Source: Podarcis bocagei (Eukaryota). Taken from it: a stretch of 64,000 nucleotides of DNA. The notes under the pieces are model-generated. The model worked only from the letters and a program-made list of their open reading frames with translations. It ran no database searches and had not been told where the DNA came from. The stretch lies in NCBI GenBank assembly GCA_964188305.1, contig OZ076886.1; one strand, written 5' to 3'. Shown here piece by piece: positions 1 to 13,375 of this stretch. Position numbers and translations under genes: made by a program. Position 1 is the stretch's first letter; each line of letters begins with the position of its first letter.

Positions 1-426
1 AAGGTGCTGAGAATATGCACATCAGTGCAGAATAGACCTTTGCATTCACTGTACATAGGAAAATGTCGTATTGCTCCTGGGTAGCTTAAGGTTGATTAGG
101 GCTGGGTGGCTTAAAGCTAACTACCTTTGAGGATGGCTTAATACTTGGAGGAGGCAAGAACAAGGCACAAGTCCTACTAGAGCTGGAGTCACCAGTGTGG
201 TAGCCATGTGTGCACTAACAGAGGCCTTCCATGGTGCAAACAGGGTCCTTTCCTTCCAGCAACTTTCCTTCCCAACCCCCGAGCAGAAATTAAACTTGAA
301 AGCAACATTACATTATAGCCCACAGAGAAGACTGTGGGGTGTGCTTGGTCCACCTAGGTCAGTATTGTCTACATGACTGGCAGTGGCTGTCCTGGATTTC
401 AGACTGGGGTCTCTCCTAAATCTACC

Positions 427-919
427 TGTGTCCAGTTCTGGGCACCACAATTTAAGAAGGATATTGACAAGCTGGAATGTGTGCAGAGGAAGGTGACTGA
501 GATGTTCAAGGGTCTGGAAACCAAGCCATATGAGGAACAGCTGAGGGAATTGGGTATATTTAGACTGGAAAAGAAAAGACATCCCTTTAAGTATCGTCAA
601 ATATTTAAAAGGCTGTCACATGGAAGCTGGAACAAGCTTCTCCCCCCTCCTGCTCTGGAGGGTAAGATCCAAACCAATGGATTCAAGCTACAAGAAGGAA
701 GATTCTGACTAAGTTTCAGGAAAAAACTTTACGACAGTAAGACCTGTTTGACAGTGGAACAGACTCCCTCGGGAAGTTGTGGACGCGCCTTCATGGAAAG
801 TTTTAAAGCAGAATTTGGATGGCCACCTGTCATAGATGCTTTAGCTGAGATTTTTGTATTGTGGGGGTTGGACTAGATGATCCTTTGGACCCCTTTAAAC
901 TTTACAATTCTATGGTTCT
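427..919 (+). mobile_element. CR1 LINE, 5'-truncated 3' fragment
   Basis: [21 protein letters not shown]...YEEQLRELGIF is the CR1 ORF2 C-terminus; ends in ATTCTATG-type tail. Confidence 0.9.
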
Positions 920-1199
920 ACCTGGGGATGCCAGAAATTGAACTAGGAACCTACTACTGAGCTATGTCCCTTTCCATATGACACAGAATCATTTTGTTGT
1001 GAGAAATACCATAAAAATCACATGTATATATTCTCATGCAACAGTCTCACATATGAGTACATGCAGACAATCTCTGCTTTCTAGCTTAGGTGACTGTAAT
1101 TTGACTCTAGTGGAACCTCCTCATATAAATGTTAAAACCCAGCCCATGCACTGTTATATTTCAAAGATACTTCCTTGGGAGAAACCCATTATCTCAATA

Positions 1200-1500
1200 A
1201 CATAAGATGCCCTACTTGGTGGTGGCATCCCATTCATGGAACTCCCTGTCCAATGAGGTTTGATTTGGCACTTTCCTACTAGATTTCATGGAGCAGGTGG
1301 CAATCTGTTTTTTCTCAGAGAGCTTTTAAACTGAGCCAGTTTTTTAGCGTGGATTTTTTTGTTTTTTTGTTTGTCTTTTAATCATTGTTGTATTTTATTC
1401 CACTTATCATGCTCTCTTGATGTTACTGGTTGCTTCATTTCTTCATTCCCCCCCTGTTTTATTGTAAGCCACCCAGAGAGGCTTGCTCTGAACTGATAAA
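1200..1500 (+). mobile_element. Old L2-type LINE 3' remnant
   Basis: gtggtggcatccc...tggaactccctg and terminal tgtaagccacccagagag, resembling the L2 copy at 23183. Confidence 0.5.
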
Positions 1501-3224
1501 ATAGTACTTCTAAGAGCAGGAATTGTAGTCAGATTGTCACATGAGCTTCTTGTGTGATCCATGTAACTAACTGCATGAAGTAAGTTCCATGTTGGGATGT
1601 TGTCAATCAATGCAATGGTGCTGGTGCACCACTGTGATTTAAGCCATGGTTTGTGTGTCATTCAAACCTGGGCTCAAATGTTTGTCTCCCTTTTTAGACA
1701 AACCATGAGATGTAATGTTAACCTAAACAATGGCTTGTCTCACAGCAGTATAGCAGCAGAACCGGAAAAGGAGCCAAAAACTAAGAGCCTGCACTTGTGT
1801 ATGTTTGCAGTAAGCCATAATTCACCTTGGGGCTGGCTACCTTTAAACCAGCTTTGCGTTTTGACAAAGTAAATAGACGGAAAACTTTTTCAAATTGCAG
1901 GCTAGTATGAGGAATTTAATATTAAGGAACTCCTTGGCACAGAGACTTCTATGGAGGGGCATCTCTTTACATGTGCAATATTAACTGCACACAGGAGCCC
2001 ACACCACTGAAACCCCCAAGGAAAACTAAATCAGGGCAATATTTATAGTGCCAGTTGTATTTTCACAGAAAAGATAAATCTTGTTTGTAAAATATTGCAA
2101 CACCAGCAGCACCTGTTCAGCAATCAAAAATGGCGCCAGCATCTGTTCTTTCCCTTTTCCAAACATATATTTATGGATTCTTTTAGTACAAGTATCACAG
2201 GTATGCAAAAATGTAGTAATAGTCATAACATGCCAGGAGTGAAAAAGAAGAAAAAGAAAAAAGAAGCAGCAGCCCAAAATAAGGAACAACTCTTGCCTTC
2301 CCCCACTCCCTCCCCCAGACCACTTGGGGTACCTAGTTTGAGAAAATATAACATGTAACCACAGCTCACACTTTATTAACAGTAAATGAATTTCTGTAAA
2401 CTTGGAAGAGGTGTGGAAGAGAGTAATATACATGTTTTTGAGTTAGAAATTATAAATATTCCTCATGAATTGTGCCATTTCCCTGACTTTTCAGGAGCTA
2501 CTTAAAATAAAGAATTGCACTGACACACAATATGTAATAAATAGTTCCCCTTTCCATGGGAAAGACAGAGAGATTTGATCAGGATAAAGAATAGTATAGA
2601 TTGAAGAATCAATGGATACTGAAGACCTCCCTAGCGTTTATAAGAGCCATCCAGCACAGTGCGGAATGATTCATGGTAGATTGTGGGAGAGAGAACAGAA
2701 TAAACAACTATATATGTGGTTAAATATGCATTTCTATACATAGACTCTCTAGAAATGCAAGGATGTTGGGAATGGAACTTGAGGAGTGAAAATTAGCTCT
2801 CCAGTCAGGCCCCTATAAACTGGAGACAAAGAAATAAGGAGGATCAGGGTTCTGCTTGCTCAGTAATTTGCATTTGCCAGTGCTTGCAAGCTTTTACAGA
2901 CATATTTCCAAATCTGGCAGTAGTTCTCATGGTTATGATGACTGTTAGAAGTGATGTCAGGAATGAGAAATGTTGCAAGTCAAAGAGTTAGGCTCAGTTC
3001 AGACATTCTGTCAAACCATAGTTTGGTTAAACATGATCTGAAATGAAAAATGAGGCTTGAGCTTCCAAATTTACAGGCAAAGCATAAAACTGCTTGCCTA
3101 AACATGACCTCTCGCTTGTCAACAATAATACAGTGGCTTAAATTCAAAGATAAGGTAAATCAAGGAAATACACTGAAGGAGATTTCTCATCCCCTCTTCC
3201 TCCTCCCTGTTGCTACCTGCTACC

Positions 3225-4085
3225 TGTCCAGATAGTATTTATAGTAGTGGGGTTTTTTTGGGGGGGACAAGGTGGTATGTAGATGTTAATCAGCATTAGA
3301 CATACTTGCCAAACTATAACCAAGACAGCCGTTGCAAACGGGTTACATGGAATCATGGCAGTTGTAGTTGTATTCAACTTTGTGGAGATGAAACATGCTA
3401 GACCCCCAGTGGCCCTACTACCTTTCGTTGAGAGAGTAGCTGTCAATGAGTGAAATTTGTATCTGTTAAGCATTATAGAAGCCATTGTGCCATGTTTCTT
3501 GTAGCAGAATAATATCAAATTGCTCAAAATCGTTCATCAGCTGCTTAATATTCTGCTTTGAACACCAACCTGCTATGTTCCATGACATCAGTTTTAGCCC
3601 CAATTCCTTTAAGGCTCTGTGCTTGTCACTTCCACTTTGTCCACTTCCTACCCAATTTTGTCTAAAAAAAGTTTCCATTCCTCTTATCAGTGGGAACCCA
3701 TTCAACGGCGTTAGTTGGCTGACTTCCAGTAAGGCAGGGGTCCCCTATTTGGAAATATCTGTAGAACAACGTCTATCAATCAGCCTTTGTGCCACAATTA
3801 GAGGAGTATTAGCTTTATCCTTCTCGTTAAATCCAGGGGAGTGTCTCCTCTGCCGTTTCTGTGTGCAAAGAGTTAAAAGGATTTGCTTGGATCCTGATAT
3901 ATGTTAGCTCAATTAAGTTCATGGAAGGAACATTTCCTGTCCCCTTCTCTTCTCTTTCCAGCGCCCCATTTCACATTATTCAAAAACGCCCTTCTGACCA
4001 TCCAGAGAGGCTTTTGGGGAGACACAGAGGGAAGGAGGAAATGGGAATCTTTCCTTCTGTGAACTTTTCAGAGTTAACTTCTTAG
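3225..4085 (-). mobile_element. LINE 5' relic encoding the N-terminal APE endonuclease domain (clade unresolved)
   Basis: LKLMSWNIAGW...FDIILLQETW, then after a frameshift GSRATGGLACFIS...LINIYIPP: canonical APE motifs. Left and right boundaries are approximate. Confidence 0.8.
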
Positions 4086-7000
4086 GACCAAATTTTAAAT
4101 TATTTTCAGGTATTTAAGTAGCTCATAAAAAAGGTAGGAAAGCAAACTATAGATGGAAAAAAATGATGGGGGGGAATGGTGTAAACTCTTCATTATCTTA
4201 GTCTCTACAAAGGCCAAGCTAAAACATATGGGTATGCATAAGTAGAACTGGTTCAGTGATTTCTTTCACATTTATCTCACCCACTCCCCGTTTTGTCCAA
4301 TTCTGTCAGTTGAAAGACACTTTGGGGGAACCCCCCCCCTCAAACGCAGCATATACATTCCTAAATAAATTAAATAATCGGGGGGGGGTGTCAAGTAAGC
4401 CACTGCAACAGCCACATAAAAAGAATACTCAAAATGACTTCCCGAATAAGACTACAGTAGATTATTTTGATCAAAACTGCCCTTACCCCCCCTTTTTTTA
4501 CCATAGCTTCTGGGGGAAGACTGGCTTCTTAAAATACAGAGAGAATTACTATGGGCAAAAATGCAAAGATTGTCCCAGAGTCTGAGAATAGCCATTTGTA
4601 TGGGGTTTGCTTCTGGCAGCTTCCACTCTGACTCCCTGAAAATGCCTAGCTGATTAAATCACTGTGTTGTTTCAGTTTAATATTTTACTTTAAGGTGGCC
4701 AGAGGGGGGGGGGATGCAACTCATTTTTCTAGTTCAAACTTTAATGCTAAAAATTGTTTAGGTTTATTTTAAAAGAAAGATAAAGTGCTTGAACAAAGCC
4801 AATCATTTATAGCAGACACATGCTGGACAAGAATGACACTTTGGGGGATTGCTGCAGTGTTTAATAGTAAAATGTACTGCCTTGCATGTGACATCTGATA
4901 AATTCCAAACGAGGCCAGGGCTCGTGAAATTGATTTGAAAAAAAATTGCTAATGTTTTAAAGATAAAAGGAAGCATGCAAACCAAATCTAGAGCTATCAT
5001 GGCTTGGGAGAGACACACATTATGGAATATTACTAAAATCACAAATAACAAACTGAAAAATGAATATGAACTGTGTTCTGCACAAATGAGAGACCACTGT
5101 TATTCAAAGAAATGTGTTGTGCTTGTGCATCAAGATGGAGGTTAGTAAAGCCAAAGAGCAAAAACAAGGCAGAACATCAATTCATAAGGCTGCCAGACAA
5201 AATGTCACACACTTCAAGGCAGATTCATTTCCATCCATGGAATCTTAACTCTGCCACTTAAAAGCTGTGTATAATTAAAATGCCAAAATGTAGAACAGTT
5301 GATAGTTTATTGTGTGGTGTGGGTGGATTCAGTATTCTGTCAGGGGATGGTTCAGGGTTAAAGCAAAAGATGAATTCATCAGAAATGAAATTGAACTGTA
5401 TTTAAATATGAGGAAGCACAAGAGGGGAAATGGGTAGCTGGGCTTTAGAAAGACTGCAAAACAACTACTGGATTTCTATTACAGCTTTCAGGGCTCTTAA
5501 GGGATCACGGTAATGTAGCACATACATTCCAGGCTCTGTAGTATTTCTGGTGCATAAATTACATAGTTCACTTTTTAAAATCAAACAATGCAGAGCCTGG
5601 AGTAACTTAAAAACAACAACAACAACTAGCTCAACGAGCTGCCAGAGAATGTGACATTTGTTTTTCCTCTGTATTAGGAAACGTTCACACAGCCATCAAG
5701 ATATTTATGAAATAAACTCAGTGTGTGAGGGCTTCAGGGTGGTTATTTTTTGTCAAGGTTGAACTTAGTGAAACAACTTCAGAAAGCAATAACTATTGGG
5801 AATCCAAGTTTAGTAATGTAAGTAAATAATTTTCTTAGTCATTTTATAACATCCATTCAATAACAATGTTTTGATATCAATTCCACTTTAGCTAATAATG
5901 TGCTTGTTGGTTACAATTTATTTGTATATCAGATCTATAAGCTACCTCCTCTCCTCCATTTATGCAATGATTTGCATTTATGACTATTTAATTCTGTCAG
6001 GTTCTATTGCAAACACATGTAAGAGGAAATGTGGAAAACCAAGAATATTTCAAGCGTACTTTGGTAGTTATGGAACACTGACTGTATGAATTGAAACCAG
6101 ACACTGATATAGGGGGAAATGTGTTGTGTGTTTTTTAAGTTATAGTCTGAATATTGAGCTTTGTATGATTTGACCATTAAGCAGAATATTTTTTTTTAAT
6201 AGTTTGCATTTTGAAGAAAATTAAGATGTGTATTAGTGCGTTTGGCCTTCAGTGATTCTGTATTACCTGGACACAGCAGTTTGGTTTAGTAAGAGCAAAC
6301 GTGTTCTGTTAATAAAAATATGGAATTTTTTTCATGGACTTCATCCTATTGCCAAAGCTATCCAGTAAGGAAAGTGGGAAGACTTGAAGCAACTCGTACA
6401 GTTGACCTTGTGTGATAATCCTCTATCAGTTTCTGAACATTCTATTAAATATTCACAAGAGCATAACTAATTACTAATTTTAGGTGCTTAAGTTCAGCAG
6501 CAGGTTCAAAAGCAATAGGCTTTTAAATCACTACAAACCAGAAACAAATTTAGCACCTTGGACAGTAGGACCCAACTCTGCACAACTGCCTTAGTCTGGG
6601 TCTACATGCCCTGTTCTCTGATCCTTTGTACCACTCTCATGGACTGGACTTGGCTATACTCTTCTACCTGAAGTACAACAGGATTAATGACAGCCCCACT
6701 AACCTTCCACTTGGAACTATACCAACACTAGTGACAGTACAACATTGAATTCAATAGGTCTTATTTCTGAATATGCATAGTTAGTTTAGGGTAGCACCTG
6801 GCTATCCCACTGACACTAAAAGAATAGGGCTGGACAACCTTAGAAGTTTGGTTGTATTTTTGGATGTTTTGAGGGTAATGCAAGCAACTCTTTTACTTGC
6901 CTTGCTTATTAGAGCTAAAGCTTAACTTGATTAATCAAATGCTCTTTAAATCCCAGCAAATGAAAACAGCTAGTACAACCAATGATTTGTCTTGTGGTGA

Positions 7001-8873
7001 GCAATTATGTACAAACTCTTTATCTACTGGAGTTTAAATCTGCAGAAAGAATGCAATCCTAAATTGTTCTGGTTGGGATTATTTTTTTAATGGAAAAGGA
7101 GATTTATTTTATTGAAGCGTGGAGTGAAATGTAGGTGTCAAGCAGAGGTTAAATAAATTTATTTGCATGCAGAGATTTTGTGGTTTGCCAGGGCCCAGAG
7201 AAAGATGATGAATAAAGAGAGGGGGCAAGGTCTTGGGTTCAAATAGGCCACAACTATTTGATTACAGATGCAAATAGGCTTTGGCATAGGCACTGGGTAT
7301 GTATCATATCAGCCAACCAAAATGCAGGTTAATTAATGGTTGGGTCAGCCCTAGCTTGAGGGCTGTCCTATAATGCTCATCAATTCCAGGAGATCACACC
7401 ATGACAACCATTTGGAGGGGAGCTATGGCCCATCAGCCCCCATCTGAGCTTCTAGACAGTAGCAAGCCCTCCCAGACCCCATTTCTTGTTACAGAAGGGG
7501 GCAGGCTCCCAACTTCTGCCAAGACTAAGGATGCAACCCAGTGCCTTATCCATCAACAAGTTGTGACCATTGCTATGAGGTAGGTAAAAATTTCAGACGA
7601 CCCCAACTTGCCTGAAGGAAAATTTCTCCCTGGCCCTGAATACAGCAAGGTCCATAGCAAGGCCTCGCACAAGGCTCACCTTTGGGCAGTAGCACAGACT
7701 ATTGCATAGGGTGGGAAATCCAACTCTGACTGAGCTGGCTGGGGGTGGGTGTAGGGTCACAGCCTGCCTAAATACCTGGCAAGTGGACCTGAATAAAGAC
7801 CTTGAGTGAGGCTCAGATTCTCACTCAAGTCTGATGCGTAGGCTACACTCCCTTGCCCATCTATGATTGGCTCATTCAAACAGGCAGCCACCCAGCAGTC
7901 CGTGCAACTGGTGCAGGAGAAGGGTGTCCTCCAATGGTTGTACAGGGCAGGAGGAGGGACCCAGGCTGGTCCACGGCTGCCTCCTGTCACCATTCAACAG
8001 TAAACAGTCCTTTAAGAAGAACTATGCAGAGAGACCAACAGAAACAGCTTCAGTGGTATGCAAAACACATATGTAACCAGTGCTCAGCTCTTTCTTCTAC
8101 TTCTAAAAGAAGTAATTCATAAACCATCTGTTTGTAGTAATTGTGACACTACAGTTTATACAGCGAGAGGGAGATAGCTAACTCTATGTATCAGAGTAGT
8201 TATTTACAGGCCCAAGACACCATACCCATTAGAATACATTTGATTCTAAAGTCCAAACCTATGCCTTATTAAAATGAATGTAGGGAACAAGCCAAATTAT
8301 TCCCTCTAACATCTTTTTCATATTGAAATATGAAGTATGTGGATTTCACATCTGAGCATGAGATTTCTGACATTTCAAAGATGCATAACTTCCACAATTT
8401 GCTGGTAGCTTACTCATCCTTTGAAACCACAAGTTCTTAAAATGTATAATTATTAGAAAGAATCATAACGTCAGGTAAAGCACAGTGTAGAAAATAAGCA
8501 AGGTGGAGGTGGTCCTGCTAAAGTAATTCTTTTTTAAAAAATCAATTCTGTTTTAAGAGTTGATGAGTGTGCACTTAAAAGAAGAACACAAAAGTGCTTC
8601 TTGGAACATTGCTACTTTGTTTTAATTAGGATTCCAAGCAGCGCTATCAAATGTTATGCCTTAGAATTGCTTCCAAAAGGAAGTGCAGTTTAATTTCATC
8701 GCTCTTTATTGCAGGCCTACATATGCAGGAAGATTAAAAAAAGAACCAGAAAGGAGTCAGTCCACCCTCTCTGGTACATTTTTGCCTTGGTCCTCCCCTT
8801 CCCCATATCAACGTAATATTTCGTTTCCGCCTTCTCCCAGGAAGACAATATCTAGATGTTTTCCTTTTGCTTA

Positions 8874-9195
8874 AAAAGGTAAAGGGACCTCTGACCATTA
8901 GGTCCAGTCTCACTTTATTGGCCGAGGGAGCCGGCGTACAGCTTCCGGGTCATGTGGCCAGCATGACTAAGCCACTTCTGGTGAACCAGAGCAGCACACG
9001 GAAACGCCGTTTACCTTCCCGCCAGAGTGGTATCTATTTATCTACTTGCACTTGATGTGCTTTCAAACTGCTAGGTTGGCAGGAGAAGGGACCGAGCAAC
9101 GGGAGCTCACCCCATCGCGGGGATTCGAACTGCTGACCTTCTGATCAGCAAGTCCTAGGCTCTGTGGTTTAACCCACAGCGTCACCCGCATCCCT
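8874..9195 (-). mobile_element. Sauria/Squam1-type SINE, near full length, 15-bp TSD
   Basis: Reverse strand begins GGGATGCGGGTGACGCTGTGGGTTAAACC (tRNA-like head, B box GTTCGAATCC) and ends in an ACCTTT tail. TSD TTTTCCTTTTGCTTA at 8859-8873 and 9196-9210. Confidence 0.93.
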
Positions 9196-9223
9196 TTTTC
9201 CTTTTGCTTACATTTCCTTAAGT

Positions 9224-9356
9224 CAGTTTTCCCCAACCTGGCATGCTCCAGATGTTCAGGTTCTGCCACTCCCATTGGCCCCAGTATGCCCATTGGCCAG
9301 GGCTGATGGGAGTTGTAGTCCAAAACATATGAAGGGTCTCCGCTTGGGGAAGCCTG
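9224..9356. mobile_element. hAT-type palindromic MITE (diverged)
   Basis: cagttttccccaacc...gggagttgtagtcc...ggggaagcctg; same family as 59740-59874. Other copies near 9707, 29138, 29670, 47563, 55530, 56630 and 57175. Confidence 0.7.
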
Positions 9357-9815
9357 CCTTAGCTGTAAGAATGTTTAATATCTCCTGTTATTTTTTCCCA
9401 TGTAATTCCTAAAGATTTGTAATATGCTCACCTTTACAATGATATCTATTGAGTCACCTTGATAGTTTCTTTCTAAATCATCCTTTTTGTGGTTGTTATG
9501 CAGTGAGGATAATGCTTACAGTCATTTCCCAAAAGGTCGTTATGACTTTAACCAGGATGACGGCAATCTTTAAAAGGGCAAGGCAGCAAGATAGAGTATG
9601 TACCCTTCTTCCCTACCTGGGATAGCAACAAAGATTCTAGTTTTGCTCTTCAGCAAATGGAAGAGGATGCTGGTCAAGGGCAGTGGTGCAATATAGTGCC
9701 CTAGAACAGAGGTGGGAATCCTCTGGCTCCAACTTACGACTCTCATCAGCCCAAGACAGCATGGTCAGGGATGATGGGAACTGCAGTCCAGGAACATCTG
9801 GAAGATCACAAAGCT

Positions 9816-10417
9816 AAAAGCTAATGCTATTCTAGGTTGCATCAACAGAAGTACGGTGTCCAGATTAAGGGAAGTAATAGTACCACTCTATTCTGCCTTC
9901 GTCAGACCACATTTGGAGTACTGTGTTTACTTTGGGCACCACAATTTAAGAAGGATGTTGAGAAGCTGGAATGTGTGCAGAAGATGACAACCAAGATGAT
10001 AAAGGGTCTGGAAACCAAGCCTTATGAAGAACAGTTGAAAGAGCTGGGTATGTTTAGCCTGGAAAGCGGAGACTGGGAGGAGGTATAATAGCCATCTTCA
10101 AATATCTTAAGGGCGGTCACACAGAAGATGCAGCAAGCTTGTTTTCTCCTGCTCTGGAGAGTAGGACTCGAATCAACGGCCTCAAGTTACAAGAGAGGAG
10201 ATTCCAACATCAGGAAGAGCTTTCTGACATTAAGAGCTGTTCAACAGTGGAACAGACTCCCTTGGAATGTGGTGGACTCTCCTTCGTTGGAGGTTTTAAA
10301 GCAGAGGTTGGATGGTCAACTGTCATGGATGTTTTAGCTGAAAATTCCTACATTGCAGGGGGTTAAACCAGATGATCCTTGGAGTCCCTTCCAACTCTAC
10401 AATTCTATGAGTCTATG
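9816..10417 (+). mobile_element. CR1 LINE 3' fragment
   Basis: [16 protein letters not shown]...FLTLRAVQQWNRLPWNVVDSPSLEVLKQRLD; ATTCTATGA tail; similar to the 427-919 copy. Confidence 0.92.
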
Positions 10418-12484
10418 TACCATCTCTAAATGAAAATATGGGTCATATGTCCCCTGGACACCATTATGAAAGCAAATTGAAGAAAAATAAATAAAAACAA
10501 ATGCATCATTGCCTGATATTGTGTTCAACTGTTACATCTGAAAGGAGAAATGGAACCAATTCACCCCTAAATGCCATGGCATAATGGATAATGATAGTCA
10601 GTTACTGTTTTCATTCTCATTATTCTGAATAACCTAATGATCCAAGGAACAGAAGCAGGAGCAGTCATTCTTCCCTACAATGTATGTACTTGGGGAAGAA
10701 TTTAATGTTAAAATGCTTTCCTGCTTCTTGGTGGTCTCATGGAGTTCACGGATGCTTTAAACAGAGCTGCTCTTTCAATCACTGAGCATTTTTAAAAGTC
10801 AAACATGTCCCACTTGGACCTATCACTCCTATACTTGACCTGCCTGGCTCCACAATTCAAGGCACAATAGTATTGCAGAGAAACCTCATTTCACAGTTAA
10901 GTCTGAGCTGTAGTTAATCTCTGGCTGTATTGACACAGTGACTTCACTTAAGTGACCCCTACTAAAGAAAATAAACTATAATGGGGAGAATTAGGCTACA
11001 ATCCATAGAAGCTTACAACTCTAATGGAAGTTTTATCTCACCCCCGCCCCCCGGCCATAATCAGGCCTTCCACATATAATAAAAACCTGTGTTTTTTTTA
11101 AAGCTTGGGGAGCTTTAGAATTAAACGCAAGGCTAAGGACCTACTTTTAGCAAGAAAAATGTTGACAGTTCCATGGACTTTTCAAACCCTTTCACACACC
11201 CTTTCAAGTTGTTTGATAGATTGCAGTTCAGGTTTGCTGATGGGCTGGTTAGGGAAAATGCCTCATAGCACCCACCAATTCACACACACACACTGTCAAT
11301 AATAGCTGCAGGGTAACAATATGCACTCACAGCTGCAGTCTGACTTAATTTAACACTAGCAAGCCACGTGGAATTGCCAAAGCTTTCTCCAAGTCAGCTA
11401 GGCTTTGAAAGTTATCACACTATAACATGCTTCTAACCTGAAGCCCTTATTAACATTTAAGGATTGGAAGGATTAATGTTTCTGAAAAAATGTTTCAAAA
11501 CATAAGAGGGAAAGAACAGTAAATATATCATTTCAGCAGAAACAAGGAAATTGGCATCCCAGAAATGAAAACTTGTTTTGATCGTGGATACAAATCAGCA
11601 GATGTCGTGCTGGCATAGTGAATGTATGTTTAGATGCAATTGGAACTAGCACAGTGACGGATAAACTATCAAGCAATTGTTTTGACAATAACACAACAAC
11701 ACTACAGTAGCTCCTTTTTAAATTGTTCCAATGAGTCATGCAAATGCATCTCCAATAATATTAGGCAAGTCCATTCATTTACACCAGTGTCTTTACTAAG
11801 TAAGATATTACTACTTCATATTGGATGGCATAGAACCAAGTATATTCTGATACTTCTGGTTATGGAAGTTCTAGGCATAATTATTGATCCTTTAAGTAAC
11901 TTCTTTGCCATATAAACCAAGAGCTGACCCCAGCACAGGCCAAATAAAGTGGGCTATTGGGTGTCAATGAACAGTGCAAACTTTATTTGTTCAGGCTATT
12001 TTATTCTGTTGTGCAAAGGAAATACATAGCTTTCTCTTTTTAGCTTCTTGTGTCAGTGGATGATGAACCATAGGTGTTGCCAGCTTTGGTGACCTCTTAT
12101 GGCCCATTGCGGAAGGTACCTGAATTGCATAAACTTGAAAGATGGACACCGTATGAATCAGTTTCTGCATATTAAAATTAAGCAGAGAAAAATAAAACAC
12201 TTGGCACTTTGGAGCTGGATGCCAGAGATTACTAAGTGGGTGCCTGCTGGTTTTTCACATGCATTTATTTAATGTTTTATAAACAGCTTTCCAATAAATG
12301 CTTCCAAAGTGGTGTAACAACAAAATAACATATATAGTAAAAAAAATGTATACATAGTAATCAAAAAGTTTTACAGGGCATTCTAGTGCTGGATTGATGC
12401 TGTTTTAGATGGATGACCTGAATGTATGCCTACTTGCTTTCACATGTTCTACTTCTATATTTGTAAACAAAGATTAGTCTACAG

Positions 12485-13375
12485 CAGGGGTTGCCAAAAG
12501 TTCTAACTGCAGGGCCTACTTGAGATATGTGAAAATACCGGTAACTACGGCCCACTAAACGGCGGTGCAGGGACAGAGCCAGCCACAAAATGAAGGCAGG
12601 TGAAGGCAAAGCTTGGCATAATCAGCTGGGGATCACCAACATCACTTTCTACCAATATCTAGTCCATATTTGGAAATTTCTAAATTCTTTGCCACATTGT
12701 TTTCCTTGTACAAGGAGTTCTATAGCTTAGTTTTCCATATCCTGAGAACAGACAATTTGCTCCTGAAGTATTGTGACAGCCTCACCATTTTCGGCAGAAT
12801 TGGCTGATCCAAAGAGTGGAAGAGGCTATATCTATATTTCACCTTTCTCATCACTACATGCCTCTCAAAGTATTTTTACCTGTCTCTTATCATTTCTTCT
12901 TCCATTCTCCTTTTACACTCAACTTGCATCTCATTCCCACCTCCATCCCCCAAATTGCCAGATTCTTTTATCCTTCTTCTCTAGTCTTTTTACACTTACT
13001 TCTTCCTCTTATAAGACCTTTCCTCTCTTATTCTCTTCATTTCTATTCCTAGTCTGTTTGTTTATTACAATTATTGTTAATAAAAACCTTTTATTTCACT
13101 TTCTAATTTCCATCAACAACTTCTCTAGATCTTTCCCCTCAGAGAAGGGAGACTTTCCTTCCTTCTCCATCCACCTCCATGCAGTTCTCTTTCTCCTAGT
13201 CTCCTCTACATAGCGTGCAAGAGGTGCTAGCATGGATCTAATCAAAAGACTATGGCAAGGGTTGGAGGCAGGACAGGCAAGTGAGTAGGCACTGCACTGT
13301 TTGTTGCACTGAGGCCCACCTGAAAATGGTCCAAAGCCCACAGGTGAGTCTTAGCCCACTGTATGAGAAACACTG
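12485..13375. mobile_element. Old hAT-like non-autonomous element with an internal LINE-ORF1-like purine-skewed segment
   Basis: Ends CAGGGGTTGCCAAA / GAGAAACACTG, flanked by gtctacag and gcctatag (6/8 degenerate TSD). Interior 12640-13210 reads E/K-rich on the - strand. Confidence 0.45.

Noticed and set aside
5300-6400. PU.1/IRF-like motifs in a repeat-poor stretch
   Set aside because: Short purine-rich motifs are scattered and expected by chance; not supportable without conservation data.
12773-13213. 146-aa hydrophobic ORF as a membrane protein
   Set aside because: Antisense reading of a purine-skewed repeat segment; low complexity and non-ATG start.
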